From: an uncultured bacterium
Lineage (GTDB): Bacteria > B130-G9
Assembly (NCBI GenBank): GCA_965372715.1
Contig: CBDVDH010000006.1
Span: 1 to 64,000, forward strand
DNA: 64,000 nucleotides
Reading direction: 5' to 3'
Both the position numbers and the translations under genes were made by a program. Below are positions 20,072 to 29,655 of the stretch, piece by piece. How positions within the stretch are numbered: position 1 is the stretch's first letter; every line of letters begins with the position of its first letter. Below the pieces are notes generated by a model, which was not told where the DNA came from, did not search any database, and saw only the letters and a program-made list of their open reading frames with translations.

Positions 20072-21982
20072 GTGTCAGAATCACAGCCCCTGGTATCCGT
20101 CGCTGTAATCAATTACAACGGCATGGCGCACCTGGAGGATTGCCTGAGTTCGCTGGCCTCGCAGACGTATCCGAATCTCGAGGTTTTGGTCTCGGATGAT
20201 GTTTCTACTGACGAATCGGTTTCGTTTATCCGTTCGAGTTATCCCTCCGTTAGGGTGGTGCAGAACCCACGCAACATGGGTTTCGTTGCGACCGCCAATC
20301 GCGCCATGCGGAGCGGAAGGGGCGATTGGATGGTCCTGCTGAACAACGACGTCGAGTGCGAGCGTGATTTCGTCGAGCGGCTCATGTCCGCGGCGGCAGC
20401 GAACCCGGACGTGGGGGTGTTCGCGGCCAAGATGAGGCTTTTTTACGCCCGGACCGTGCTGTACGGTGTTGGCAGCGAGATGTGCAAGTCGTGCTTCGGG
20501 GTCGATCGGGGCCTTGGAGAGAAGGATGAGGGGCAGTACGACGAGCCGTGTGAGGTCTTTGGCGCCTGTGCTGGCGCCATGCTGATTAAGAAAGAGGTCG
20601 TGGAACGTGTGGGCTACATGGACCCTGCGTTCCGTTTCACCTTTGATGATATTGACCTTTGCTGGCGGGCCAGGCTGCTGGGAGTCCGGGTGCTATCGGT
20701 TCCTGACGCGGTCATGTACCACAAATTTGGGGGCTCCTACGGAAGGGCCTCGACCCTCAAGTACTTCATGTCGTCCAAGAATCGGCTGAGGTCATTTCTC
20801 AAGAACTACGAGTTCAAGACCATAAGGAAGATAGCGCTTGAGGTCGTCAGAGAAGACAGCCAGCTGATCCAGAGCATGTATAAGTTCCGCATCCCGTCCA
20901 GGTTTGCCATGACAAGAGCGATCGTTAAATCGTACCTCTGGAACATCCTGCATTTTCCGAGCACTTATCTGGCCAGAAGAAAAGTCCAGAAATCACGCGT
21001 CGTGAGCGACGAGGCGCTAAAGCGGTTCATTTATCAGGGGCCCGGTCGAATGCCCGTGGTGCTTCCTTCGTATGACATAGTTGACCTGAACCTCTTCAGG
21101 CAGAAGGACGTGAAGATCGATCGTATCGTGATGGGGTTGACCGACGAGAGTAGTCTCGGCCCCGGCTGGGACTCGGCGATAGCGGAGCCAGAGGATAGGA
21201 GTCTGCATAGAAGCTGCACCAGGCAGTCCTATTTTTATCTTCGCGTTCTTACGCCATCCAAGGTATGGCTCAATATGCGAGTGAGAGGAGTTCCGAAGGC
21301 GCTCTCGGGTAGTGTCACGCTAAACGGGACAGTCGTGGGCGATTTCACTGTCCCGCTGGGTCAACGGAAAACCCTGTCGTTCAGCGTCCCGCAAGCGATC
21401 CTGGCGCAAGGTGTGTTGGAGGGCGTTATTACCCTGGATGAGACCTGGCGACCCATCGATTATTTCCCGAGCTATGACAACCGGCCGCTTGGCATCAACT
21501 TCTACGAGATCAGCCTCGATGAGAGGTCCCTCGGACCAACGGTGCCTGGCATTGCAGACGTAATCGGGCCGGAGGCGCTCAGGAGTCTGAGAAAGGTCCT
21601 TGTCCTGCGTTCAGCCCGCCCCCATTTCTGCGTTCGCGCGTTGAGACGGCTCAGGCAGCATCTCGATTCGGCGGAGGTCTTGCTTCTTCTTCAGCAGGGC
21701 GCGGAACAGACGCCCTACGACTCGCTTGTGGACAATGTTATCCCGTATCCGGGGCAGACATTCAGCAAGAGAGCCGCGGGCAAGAGCTTCTTGGATGAAC
21801 TGAGGGCAATGGCCTTCGACCTCTGCGTGGTCGTCTATGGGCACATGCCTCGCTCGTCATATAAGAACGTTGAGCAGTTTGCCCGAGCAATTGGGGCGCG
21901 GGTCATTCTGGGCGTTCCGCCCGAGGGCAAACCCGTCGTGATTCGCAGCAATAGCCAGGCCGCCTGGAGCGCCGGGACGTGA
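20072..21982 (+). CDS. GT2 glycosyltransferase fused to a beta-sandwich and a GT9-like N-lobe
   Basis: VAVINYNG, NMGF, LLNND, DDIDLCWR; C-terminal KVLVLRSA...LRAMAFDL. Confidence 0.88.
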   Translation: MSESQPLVSVAVINYNGMAHLEDCLSSLASQTYPNLEVLVSDDVSTDESVSFIRSSYPSVRVVQNPRNMGFVATANRAMRSGRGDWMVLLNNDVECERDFVERLMSAAAANPDVGVFAAKMRLFYARTVLYGVGSEMCKSCFGVDRGLGEKDEGQYDEPCEVFGACAGAMLIKKEVVERVGYMDPAFRFTFDDIDLCWRARLLGVRVLSVPDAVMYHKFGGSYGRASTLKYFMSSKNRLRSFLKNYEFKTIRKIALEVVREDSQLIQSMYKFRIPSRFAMTRAIVKSYLWNILHFPSTYLARRKVQKSRVVSDEALKRFIYQGPGRMPVVLPSYDIVDLNLFRQKDVKIDRIVMGLTDESSLGPGWDSAIAEPEDRSLHRSCTRQSYFYLRVLTPSKVWLNMRVRGVPKALSGSVTLNGTVVGDFTVPLGQRKTLSFSVPQAILAQGVLEGVITLDETWRPIDYFPSYDNRPLGINFYEISLDERSLGPTVPGIADVIGPEALRSLRKVLVLRSARPHFCVRALRRLRQHLDSAEVLLLLQQGAEQTPYDSLVDNVIPYPGQTFSKRAAGKSFLDELRAMAFDLCVVVYGHMPRSSYKNVEQFARAIGARVILGVPPEGKPVVIRSNSQAAWSAGT

Positions 21983-21992
21983 TTACGGGCAT

Positions 21993-22018
21993 TGTAGGGA
22001 CAGGGCTTGTCTCCGCCC
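21993..22018. repeat. GTAG-family REP-like hairpin
   Basis: gtagggacagggcttgtctccgccc. Confidence 0.5.
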
Positions 22019-22124
22019 GCGATACTTCGCAAAGTGGTATGCAAAGTGGGCAATCGCGACGTGGCGATATAGGGTGTAGGTCTAGAGTTTGAGGATGAAC
22101 GTGAAATGGTAAGGGAGCTGAAAA

Positions 22125-22790
22125 GTGGTTGATACTCGTCAGCACTATATTGAGTGCTACAGGCACATGATAAGAGAATCTGGCTTGCAGGAGGGCTCTG
22201 CAAATGCTGTCGGCGGCTATTTCGATCAGACCGGTAAATGTGAGGTCGATCTACTTAAGGAGTATGGGCTGCGACCGGACCATTTCTTGGTTGATGTAGG
22301 CTGTGGCTGCGGACGATTAGCGTCAGCACTAGGAGATTACCTTGCAGCGTCAGGCGGATACCTTGGTTTGGACATCTTGCAGGAGCCATTAACGATGGCA
22401 GCTGAGGTGGCTCATTCTTCATGTCAGTTCGAGATAATCGATGAATTCAAGATCGACCTACCTGATTGCTGTGCGGACTACGTGACGTTCTTCTCAGTTC
22501 TCACGCATCTCCATTGTTATGAGGGGTATCGCTATTTGGTTGAAGCCAGACGTCTCCTGAAACCTGCTGGCAAGATCATTCTGTCATACATAGATTGGGA
22601 GTGTGAAACATTCTGGGAGACGTTTGAGAATAACGCTCGGTATGGCCCGAGTGCAACACATGTCTTTGTCCAGCCCATGAATGAGGGCCAGCTGACAGTA
22701 TGGGCAAGGCATTTGCAGCTTCGTGCTGATTTTCTTGGCCTTCATCCCCTTGGGCAGCACGTAGTTGTTCTTACAAGGGGAACTGATTGA
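22125..22790 (+). CDS. Class I SAM-dependent methyltransferase
   Basis: LVDVGCGCGRLA, YLGLDI, FSVLTHL, RRLLKPAG. Confidence 0.88.
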   Translation: MVDTRQHYIECYRHMIRESGLQEGSANAVGGYFDQTGKCEVDLLKEYGLRPDHFLVDVGCGCGRLASALGDYLAASGGYLGLDILQEPLTMAAEVAHSSCQFEIIDEFKIDLPDCCADYVTFFSVLTHLHCYEGYRYLVEARRLLKPAGKIILSYIDWECETFWETFENNARYGPSATHVFVQPMNEGQLTVWARHLQLRADFLGLHPLGQHVVVLTRGTD

Positions 22791-22922
22791 TGGCTTATGG
22801 AGATGAGAGCTAGACGCGAGTCTCTTGACGCACGCGCTATAGCAAACTGGCAGACGTTCGCCGCGGCGAATCCCTATACAAACCTGTTCATAATTTCAGC
22901 CCCACTCACTACGAGCGGCCCT

Positions 22923-24443
22923 CTACCGTCCTACGCCGCTGCTTCTCAGGCCTTTGTCTTCGAGCGCTGTCGCCGCGGCGATGACGAGCATGAAGACAAC
23001 TGACACGGCGAGCGCTGCGCCAGCCAGACACGCATTCCAGGCGAATCTGCCCAGCTTCTTCACAAAGAGTCCCCAGTGGAAGTCGCGCGTCGAGCCATCG
23101 GGCATGAAGTAGATCAGCCTCTTGGCTCCCGCTCTAAGTGCGACCAGATCGACGTTCGCGAAGCCGATTGCCGGATCGCCCCCACACAAGATCATCACCG
23201 CATCGTAGCGACTCGCCCGCAAGCGCCTCGCAAAGCTCGCCGGCATCGTAACGCCGCAGAATCTCTCTTTTCGCGGATACGTGATGGTATATAACTCGTC
23301 GCAGGACGGTACGGTGTCTTCGTAGCCGGGCATTGTGAGAACGTCTATCTGAGCGGCATTTAGGTTGTTCCGAGCGTAGTGGATGGCCTGGCTGAGCAGC
23401 GGCCCTGCCGACCTGATGATTAGCACTCTCGGGCCGGTCGATGATGCCCCCGCGTGGGGTCTTGGGTCGCCGTCTCGTGTGCTAGCGGGTGGGTATATCT
23501 CGTCGTATGGTCGTATCAGGCTCGCGATGTGGTCAGTCGATGTGCGGCGGTTGGCCATTATCTGTCGTCTTGACTTGAGGAGCCAGGGAAGGGCTGCAAT
23601 AGCGGCGATGTGGGCGCGGAGCAGTGTTGCGGCCCGGCCCTCGTCGAGGGCCTGGATTGACGCCTTGAGCTGATGACGCAGGATCGACTTCAGGTTCGTT
23701 CGGAGGATACGCCCCGGCACGTTCTTCGCGATGACCCACTGCTCATTTCTCGAAAGAAGGAATCTGCGCCTCTTGCTGAATATCCCGAGCGTCCCGGTGC
23801 CGGTGTGGTACACAACTGCGTGGGGGACGTATATGCACCACCAACCCGCGAGCTGCGCCCGAAAGCCCAGGTCGATGTCCTCGTAGAAGACGAAGAACCT
23901 CTCGTCCAAAAGGCCGATCTCGTCGAACACTCGCCGGCGGAATAGCGAGGCGCACGCGGAGGCAGAAAAGACCCAGGCGGGGTCGGCAAAGGCTGAGCCG
24001 TCTGTCATGCCAGACCCGATGTTGCCGCCGAAACCCTCGGTGCAGAAGAAATCGCCCGAGGCGTATATGCGGTCTCTGGCGTTGTCCCACAGTATCTTCG
24101 AGGCGGCCGAGCCGGCGGTCGGCTCGGAGTCGAGCGCACGAACGAGTTCCGAAAGCCAAGCAGAATCGACCTCTGTGTCGTTGTTGAGAAAGGCGACGTA
24201 TTCCGAGGCGGTCTCCTTGACGCCTGCGTTGATGGCCGCGCTGAACCCGAAGTTCTTGGGCAGCTGGATTAGCCGGACCCTTGGGAACCTGGCCTTGACC
24301 AATTCCGCCGAACCGTCGGTTGAGCCGTTGTCAACTACGACCGTCTCGAAGTCGGCAAAAGACTGCGCAGAAAGGCTCTTGAGGCACGTTTCGATGAAAC
24401 TCAGCCCGTTCCAGTTTGGAACGATTACAGCTATTCTTGGCAC
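22923..24443 (-). CDS. GT2 glycosyltransferase with GT9-like lobe and C-terminal membrane anchor
   Basis: IVPNWNG, VDNGSTD, NFGF, FLNND, YEDIDLGFR; RVLIIRSA domain; hydrophobic tail. Start could extend to 24503. Confidence 0.88.
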   Translation of the reverse strand: MPRIAVIVPNWNGLSFIETCLKSLSAQSFADFETVVVDNGSTDGSAELVKARFPRVRLIQLPKNFGFSAAINAGVKETASEYVAFLNNDTEVDSAWLSELVRALDSEPTAGSAASKILWDNARDRIYASGDFFCTEGFGGNIGSGMTDGSAFADPAWVFSASACASLFRRRVFDEIGLLDERFFVFYEDIDLGFRAQLAGWWCIYVPHAVVYHTGTGTLGIFSKRRRFLLSRNEQWVIAKNVPGRILRTNLKSILRHQLKASIQALDEGRAATLLRAHIAAIAALPWLLKSRRQIMANRRTSTDHIASLIRPYDEIYPPASTRDGDPRPHAGASSTGPRVLIIRSAGPLLSQAIHYARNNLNAAQIDVLTMPGYEDTVPSCDELYTITYPRKERFCGVTMPASFARRLRASRYDAVMILCGGDPAIGFANVDLVALRAGAKRLIYFMPDGSTRDFHWGLFVKKLGRFAWNACLAGAALAVSVVFMLVIAAATALEDKGLRSSGVGR

Positions 24444-24497
24444 AAAGACCTCGCTCGCCCAACGCCGATTGACGCTCGGCCCCGGCGCGATATACGC

Positions 24498-25934
24498 TTG
24501 CACGTCATATCCAGTTCTTTGCTAGACCATACCTCAGAGGGTCTTGCGTTGTCAGGCGATTCGTTTCGGTTGAGATTTGCGCTCGTGATCGTTTCGTTCG
24601 CCACGTTGCACTCGTTCGGCGTGTATCATGGATGGATCGCCCCATCCGTCATGTTTCTGCTGACGTTGGTCCTTGCCGTCTGTGCGGCATCAGTCTTCCT
24701 CCTGGGACTGAGGCGTTCTCCGGCGTCTGAATGCAAGATGGCCGACGCAAGGGTCGGGCTATTCAGCAGGATCGCGACCTGCGCGTTCGTGATCGCGGCC
24801 ATCGGGGCCTTTCCGGGCTGCCCGTCCGTATCCTGGGGCACGTCGCTGCCAGTGAGGCTGTGCTTTCTCGCATTAATCGCCGCGGCTTGCTGGTTTGCCT
24901 TTAGACGAACGTCGCTCTTTGTGGCCTTCTTGACTCTGGTCTCTGTTTTGTGTCGGGCGCCGATCTTCTTCGCAGGCCGGCTCGACCCGAAGAGCAGCGA
25001 CATGCTGCCGCTCATAATGCTTGCGTGCAAGAGGTTCGCCTCGGGCTGCAATCCATATTCGCACTACCTGATGCCGTGGAAGCTGCCACTGACGTACCTG
25101 CCGGCCACCTGGCTGCCGTTTCTTCCGGGGTACGTCTTGGGAATAGACCCAAGATGGTTCACCGTTTTATTCGCTTGTGGGGCCATAGTGGTTATCTTCT
25201 GCGCATTTCCGATTTCGGAGAGCAGCCGCATGGCCGGCCTCAGGAAACTGCTATTTGCGATGCTCATGCTATCGAGCCTCGATCTGCGCTTCAGCGCCAT
25301 CACCCCGGAGCCCGTTTTTTGGCTTGCGCTGTCTCTGTTTATCTTCTTTCTTGCCCGAAATAAGCACATTGCCGCGGCATTCGCGATGGGCGTCTGCCTC
25401 GCCGCGCGGCAACAGGCAATCCTGCTGGTCCCGTTCTATCTGATCTATCTCTTCAAGCGAGTGAGCGGCGATTCGCGGTGGCGATGTCTCGTGCTGACGC
25501 TTGCCGTTCCCACTCTTCTGTGTGTCCCGTTCGTGATCGATTCGCCCGCCGAGTTCGTATCTGGCGTTTATACGCGCTTCGGGCCGTTTGCGCTGGAAAA
25601 GTGGATCAACGAGCGCGCGTGGGAGAACTCGCTGTCGTTCGCTCCGTTCTTCTTTGAGCACGGCCTTCATTATGTTCTGAGGCCGTTGGTTGTGGCCATG
25701 CAGCTGTTGCTCTACGTTCTGGCCGTAATCCGGTTGCGGCAGGTCAAGGACTTGATCCGCTTCATGGGCCTCTCGCTGCTGGCATTTCTGCTTTTTTCGC
25801 CGATTATCTGGCCCTATATGTTCATGCCGCTGCTCATTTTGCTTTTCGGCTCGTTTTTTGCGCCTCGGGACGGAGCCGAGTCAGCGCGCTCTTCAGGAAC
25901 GCAATCTCCGGATGAACGAGCTCGCCGTCCTTGA
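24498..25934 (+). CDS. Polytopic membrane protein, GT-C (GT87-like) glycosyltransferase
   Basis: Many TM segments; SDM...G.NPY...YLP...DPRW motifs; start uncertain. Confidence 0.7.
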   Translation: MHVISSSLLDHTSEGLALSGDSFRLRFALVIVSFATLHSFGVYHGWIAPSVMFLLTLVLAVCAASVFLLGLRRSPASECKMADARVGLFSRIATCAFVIAAIGAFPGCPSVSWGTSLPVRLCFLALIAAACWFAFRRTSLFVAFLTLVSVLCRAPIFFAGRLDPKSSDMLPLIMLACKRFASGCNPYSHYLMPWKLPLTYLPATWLPFLPGYVLGIDPRWFTVLFACGAIVVIFCAFPISESSRMAGLRKLLFAMLMLSSLDLRFSAITPEPVFWLALSLFIFFLARNKHIAAAFAMGVCLAARQQAILLVPFYLIYLFKRVSGDSRWRCLVLTLAVPTLLCVPFVIDSPAEFVSGVYTRFGPFALEKWINERAWENSLSFAPFFFEHGLHYVLRPLVVAMQLLLYVLAVIRLRQVKDLIRFMGLSLLAFLLFSPIIWPYMFMPLLILLFGSFFAPRDGAESARSSGTQSPDERARRP

Positions 25935-26907
25935 AAAGCGGCTTCTGGTCGAGCCATACAGAGGGCGAGGTTACGACCAAATCGGTGTGTGTTCCCCTCG
26001 CGCCGTAGCCGATGCCAATCGTAAGCGCCCCGAAGGCCCTTTCGCTGGCAAGGATCGATTCGCAAGGCCTAGCCGCGGGATTCAAGCCCAACGAGAAGTG
26101 CATTACCTCCCGCGCTCCTGTCCGAGCGTTCTCGTCCATCCAGTTGGCGAGGCGCCGACCTGCCGGGGTAGGTTCGACGTTCACAACGCGGCCCGCTTTC
26201 ACCTCGATCTTGAATGGCTCCTCCAACGGGCAGTCCTGGTGAGGGGGGAACACGGCGCCATTGACGTCGAGGCGCCCGTTGATGGTTGCCCTGAGTCCGC
26301 TGAATGAGACCTGGCCGGCCAGCGAGGAGACTGTGCCCGGTCGGCGGCACAGCCCAGTCGGCTCGTCAAAAAAGGCATTCAGACGGCGTCTGAAGACGGG
26401 CAATTGCAGCAGCTCCCGCGCCCACGTCGGGCCAAGCGACGCCCAAAGCGCACATCCTGAACCTGAGAGGATTTCGATGCGCCTCGACCGGCGCAGCAGG
26501 GCTAGAAGCCGCTGCCCGAGAGCGTGGACCCCTGAGTTTTCGACCTGAAGCATGAATGTCTCGAACTCGTCAGGCCGAATCCCCGAAAGAAAGAACGCTC
26601 TTGCTCCTCGCCTGATGGCACCCTTCACAGTGCTGCTGTAGAAAGTCGAGCTGGACGCCAGCTCGAGGATGACGTTCGCCGATCGCATTTCTTGGGCGAT
26701 TTCCGTTGGGGGCTCGACGTAGAAGCTCTTAGCCGGCGGCAAAGCCGCGACGTCGGCTTGGCGTTCGCTATCACGAGCCCGTTGGGCTATCTGACTGGCA
26801 AGCCCGGCAGTTGCGCCGTCGGTCGCGAGTATCAAGAGATTCTCACCCCTCTTGACCGCGAGGACCTCGCCAAGGAGTGTATCAATGGCGGAGACATCCA
26901 CGGTCAC
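25834..26907 (-). CDS. M29/aminopeptidase T-like (NicX-like) metalloenzyme
   Basis: VKRGENLLI, EVMHFSLGLNP, ERAFG, HTDLV...DGELV. Confidence 0.75.
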   Translation of the reverse strand: MTVDVSAIDTLLGEVLAVKRGENLLILATDGATAGLASQIAQRARDSERQADVAALPPAKSFYVEPPTEIAQEMRSANVILELASSSTFYSSTVKGAIRRGARAFFLSGIRPDEFETFMLQVENSGVHALGQRLLALLRRSRRIEILSGSGCALWASLGPTWARELLQLPVFRRRLNAFFDEPTGLCRRPGTVSSLAGQVSFSGLRATINGRLDVNGAVFPPHQDCPLEEPFKIEVKAGRVVNVEPTPAGRRLANWMDENARTGAREVMHFSLGLNPAARPCESILASERAFGALTIGIGYGARGTHTDLVVTSPSVWLDQKPLFKDGELVHPEIAFLKSALTRLRPEAQKTSRKAK

Positions 26908-26925
26908 GGCTGGTCAAGGCCGATG

Positions 26926-28245
26926 TCAGGCAAGTTCCGCCAAGACCTCTTCAAGGATGTGAAGCCCCTGCTCGAGCTCGCCATCAGAGATTACGAGCGG
27001 CGGCGCGATAATCAACGACCGCATCCCCGTCTTGGCGACGTAAAGACCGCGCTTGAGAGCGAGCTTGGCGACCTGATCGCGAAGAGTCAGGCATTCAGGA
27101 TCGGACGCTTCCCGGTCTGCCAGCGACACAGACCACAGGGCGCCTCTGCCGGATACACACTCGATGAGTGCTCTCGAGTCCGCAAGCCGATTAAGCTCCT
27201 CGTCAAGGTGCTCCTCAATCCTTTTGGCGCTTGTGGTCAAAGTGCTCTCGCTTTGCTTGAGTATGGCGCTTACGACGGCGCAGGAGACCCTTTGGCTGCG
27301 GCAGAGTCCCTTGAGACGCCACAGATCAAAATCGAGAAGGGACTTTGCAACGATCGCCGCACCGAAAGCCAATCCGTTTGCAGAAGGCTCGCCGAGGCAC
27401 AGGATGTCAGGCTGAAAGTCCCACAGGTCGGAAGCGAAGCGCACGCCCAGGACGCCGACGGGGAGACGGGTCTCATCGACGATAAGCACGATGCCGTTAT
27501 GGGTGCATAGCGTATTCAAGTTTGGCAGGAAGTCGTCGGGCAGAACGTCTATCGAGTCTGAGAATGCCACCGGAGGCGCGACGATGGCAGCGATCTCATA
27601 AGGATGGGCCACGCGCTTAAAGACGAATTCGTGTAGATGCGATAGGAATGCCTCGGTGTTCGGGATCGCGGACTCGGGTGCGCCAGGGAAAGGGATATGT
27701 ATGGTGTTTGGCTCGTTTGGCCCCAGACAGTTGGCGGCCGCTGGCAGTGCACCGTAGCTCACGTGCTGGAGATCGCGGCCGTGACTAGACCCAATGATGG
27801 AGATGGCGCGCGGCCTGCTCGTGTGATCAGTTGCGACACGCAGCGCCGCCGCCAGCGCATGGTCCGATGATGGGAAGAAGAGGGTCGTCCGGTCGTACTG
27901 AAAGGGTTTGGACTTGGCCAAGATACTGGCGAGGCGGCCGCAGATGTCGTGCTCGAGCTCGCAGCCGGGGATGCCTGGGACGTTTGTTTCAACTGCCTGA
28001 AGGATCGCTGAGCGCACGATATTGTTGCCATAGCCGAGAGGCAGACCAAGGGCCGACGCGGACAAGTTGAGGAACTCGCGGCGGGACGAATCACTGAACC
28101 AGCAGCCGTGGCCTCGTTCGAGCGTCAGTGCATCAGGCGTCTTGTCGTTCGTGAGCATGGCAATCAACATAGCCAGGCCGTATTGCCGTGTCAAGAAGAG
28201 GGTAGGAGTTCTGGACTGCGATTGTCCAAAGCCCAAGACCGTCAA
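26926..28245 (-). CDS. Class III aminotransferase-fold protein, catalytic Lys absent
   Basis: ERGHG..D..LNL, SHGR, EIAAIV, LIVDE, PDILCLGEP, SGRGALW, IAPPLVI; start uncertain (28245/28170/28158). Confidence 0.8.
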   Translation of the reverse strand: MTVLGFGQSQSRTPTLFLTRQYGLAMLIAMLTNDKTPDALTLERGHGCWFSDSSRREFLNLSASALGLPLGYGNNIVRSAILQAVETNVPGIPGCELEHDICGRLASILAKSKPFQYDRTTLFFPSSDHALAAALRVATDHTSRPRAISIIGSSHGRDLQHVSYGALPAAANCLGPNEPNTIHIPFPGAPESAIPNTEAFLSHLHEFVFKRVAHPYEIAAIVAPPVAFSDSIDVLPDDFLPNLNTLCTHNGIVLIVDETRLPVGVLGVRFASDLWDFQPDILCLGEPSANGLAFGAAIVAKSLLDFDLWRLKGLCRSQRVSCAVVSAILKQSESTLTTSAKRIEEHLDEELNRLADSRALIECVSGRGALWSVSLADREASDPECLTLRDQVAKLALKRGLYVAKTGMRSLIIAPPLVISDGELEQGLHILEEVLAELA

Positions 28246-28287
28246 TGTGCGAGTCGGTTCGTCAGACTCGGGGTAGGTCGAGCCGGC

Positions 28288-28500
28288 TCATAGGCCCAGC
28301 GTCGAGAACACGGCTATCGTTTGATTGTCGCCGACGGGCAGCGCCACTCGTGGTTGTGTCGTGAATGACAGCGGGTTCACGGGCGAAAGCCGCTCGCGGT
28401 AATAGGGGCACAGACCATCGGTCATTCTGGGCTGCTGTTCGACCTTTTGCCTCTCTCGCGACCTGATCTTTTCGATCTTCTCTGAGTCGTCCGTTCGCAT
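28288..28500 (-). CDS. Small hypothetical protein
   Basis: 70-aa ORF with GAGGAG RBS. Confidence 0.4.
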   Translation of the reverse strand: MRTDDSEKIEKIRSRERQKVEQQPRMTDGLCPYYRERLSPVNPLSFTTQPRVALPVGDNQTIAVFSTLGL

Positions 28501-28549
28501 GTCGTCTCCTCTTGCCAGTGTTATTCATAAACTGCGGATGCTATGAGAT

Positions 28550-28665
28550 GCAGGGCGGGCTCTCTAGCCTGCCTTTTGTAGCGATTGCCGTATCGCTCGT
28601 ATCGCTCACACGCAACACTCTCGCGCCAGCTCCTGTCTTTGGCAGGCTGGAAAGCCCGCCCTACA
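28550..28665. repeat. Inverted GTAG-family REP pair
   Basis: gcagggcgggctctctagcctgcc ... ggcaggctggaaagcccgccctaca. Confidence 0.7.
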
Positions 28666-28723
28666 CCTACCCGAGTCGCGACCTAGAATAATCCGGGCTT
28701 GGGTTCTATTACTTGTCTGTTGC

Positions 28724-29176
28724 TTATCTGGCATAGACCAACTTCCGTTCGGCGTCGTATCTCCAGCGCTTCCACTTATTCGGGCCGCGGTCCCGAACGC
28801 CAATGTGCACGAAACCGTCGGGGCCGTTCTGGCCGCCGGGCTCATAGACGCCGATGCGCGCAACGTCCGGCAGCATCTCCGCGAACTCCGCCACCTTTTG
28901 CGAGGGCGCGCCAGGGACCACGAGGTCCGCCGCCCACCCGAACTTATGGTCGCTGTCGCCGTCGCCGCCGACTGCGATGTTGTGCGCATCGCAGCGACAG
29001 CCGGAGCGAACGACGACCGGCGAGTTGAAGCGCTGCCGTATCAGCTGGCCGCAGAGCCATAACTCAAAGTCGATCTCGCACTTTCCGCAGCCGCACTTGC
29101 ACTCAAACTCGCGCGGGAACTCAAAGTTACCGAGTAAGACTTTGCCCTTGTCGCTGCAGAATCGTATGTTCAGCAT
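28724..29176 (-). CDS. Peptidase M15A (Zn D-Ala-D-Ala peptidase family), putative endolysin
   Basis: EFECKCGCG, SGCRCDAHNIAVGG..SDH..G.AAD, GFVHIGVR. Confidence 0.88.
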   Translation of the reverse strand: MLNIRFCSDKGKVLLGNFEFPREFECKCGCGKCEIDFELWLCGQLIRQRFNSPVVVRSGCRCDAHNIAVGGDGDSDHKFGWAADLVVPGAPSQKVAEFAEMLPDVARIGVYEPGGQNGPDGFVHIGVRDRGPNKWKRWRYDAERKLVYAR

Positions 29177-29181
29177 AGCTC

Positions 29182-29264
29182 ACCACAGAGACACAGAGAA
29201 ATGGAAAGAAGAAAGATGAGGAAAAGAACAAGGGTACTTCTCGGTGTCTCGGTGTCTCTGTGGT
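29182..29264. repeat. Inverted octamer-repeat element (ACACAGAG type) with no enclosed gene
   Basis: accacagagacacagaga ... tctcggtgtctcggtgtctctgtggt. Confidence 0.7.
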
Positions 29265-29303
29265 TCCTTCATCGCAATCCGCAATCCCAAATCCGCAATT
29301 GGA

Positions 29304-29582
29304 TCATCTTTCGTTTCTGGGCAGGACGTGCCTCGCCGGCGTGAGCCTCAGCCCCTTGCCGATGGCGTCCGAGCCGAAGTAGCCGATGAGGCACGCGGAC
29401 ACCGGCTCAGGGTCGAACATGCCCGCGATTGCGCCCGCGACCATGCTCTCGACCAGTCGGGCCCAATGGAACCGCGGGGGTAGGAAGCCTCTATCTTTGG
29501 CCTGCTTCCGGTTGCGGAGCCAGCCGAGCACGCTGCGAACGGCCGCGCCGCCGGCCCCTGTCGCCGCTGAAATTGGGTTCAT
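29304..29582 (-). CDS. Small membrane protein, putative holin
   Basis: 92 aa, GGAG RBS, glycine-rich hydrophobic segments, basic C-terminus, next to the M15 peptidase. Confidence 0.5.
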   Translation of the reverse strand: MNPISAATGAGGAAVRSVLGWLRNRKQAKDRGFLPPRFHWARLVESMVAGAIAGMFDPEPVSACLIGYFGSDAIGKGLRLTPARHVLPRNER

Positions 29583-29655
29583 CTCAATCTCCGTTGTCAG
29601 TTAGTTCGCCTGGCGGCGAATTGGCCGTTAATCCAAAATCCGCAGTCCGCAATCA

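Noticed and set aside
26692-27510. 272-aa plus-strand ORF
   Set aside because: Overlaps two well-supported minus-strand genes
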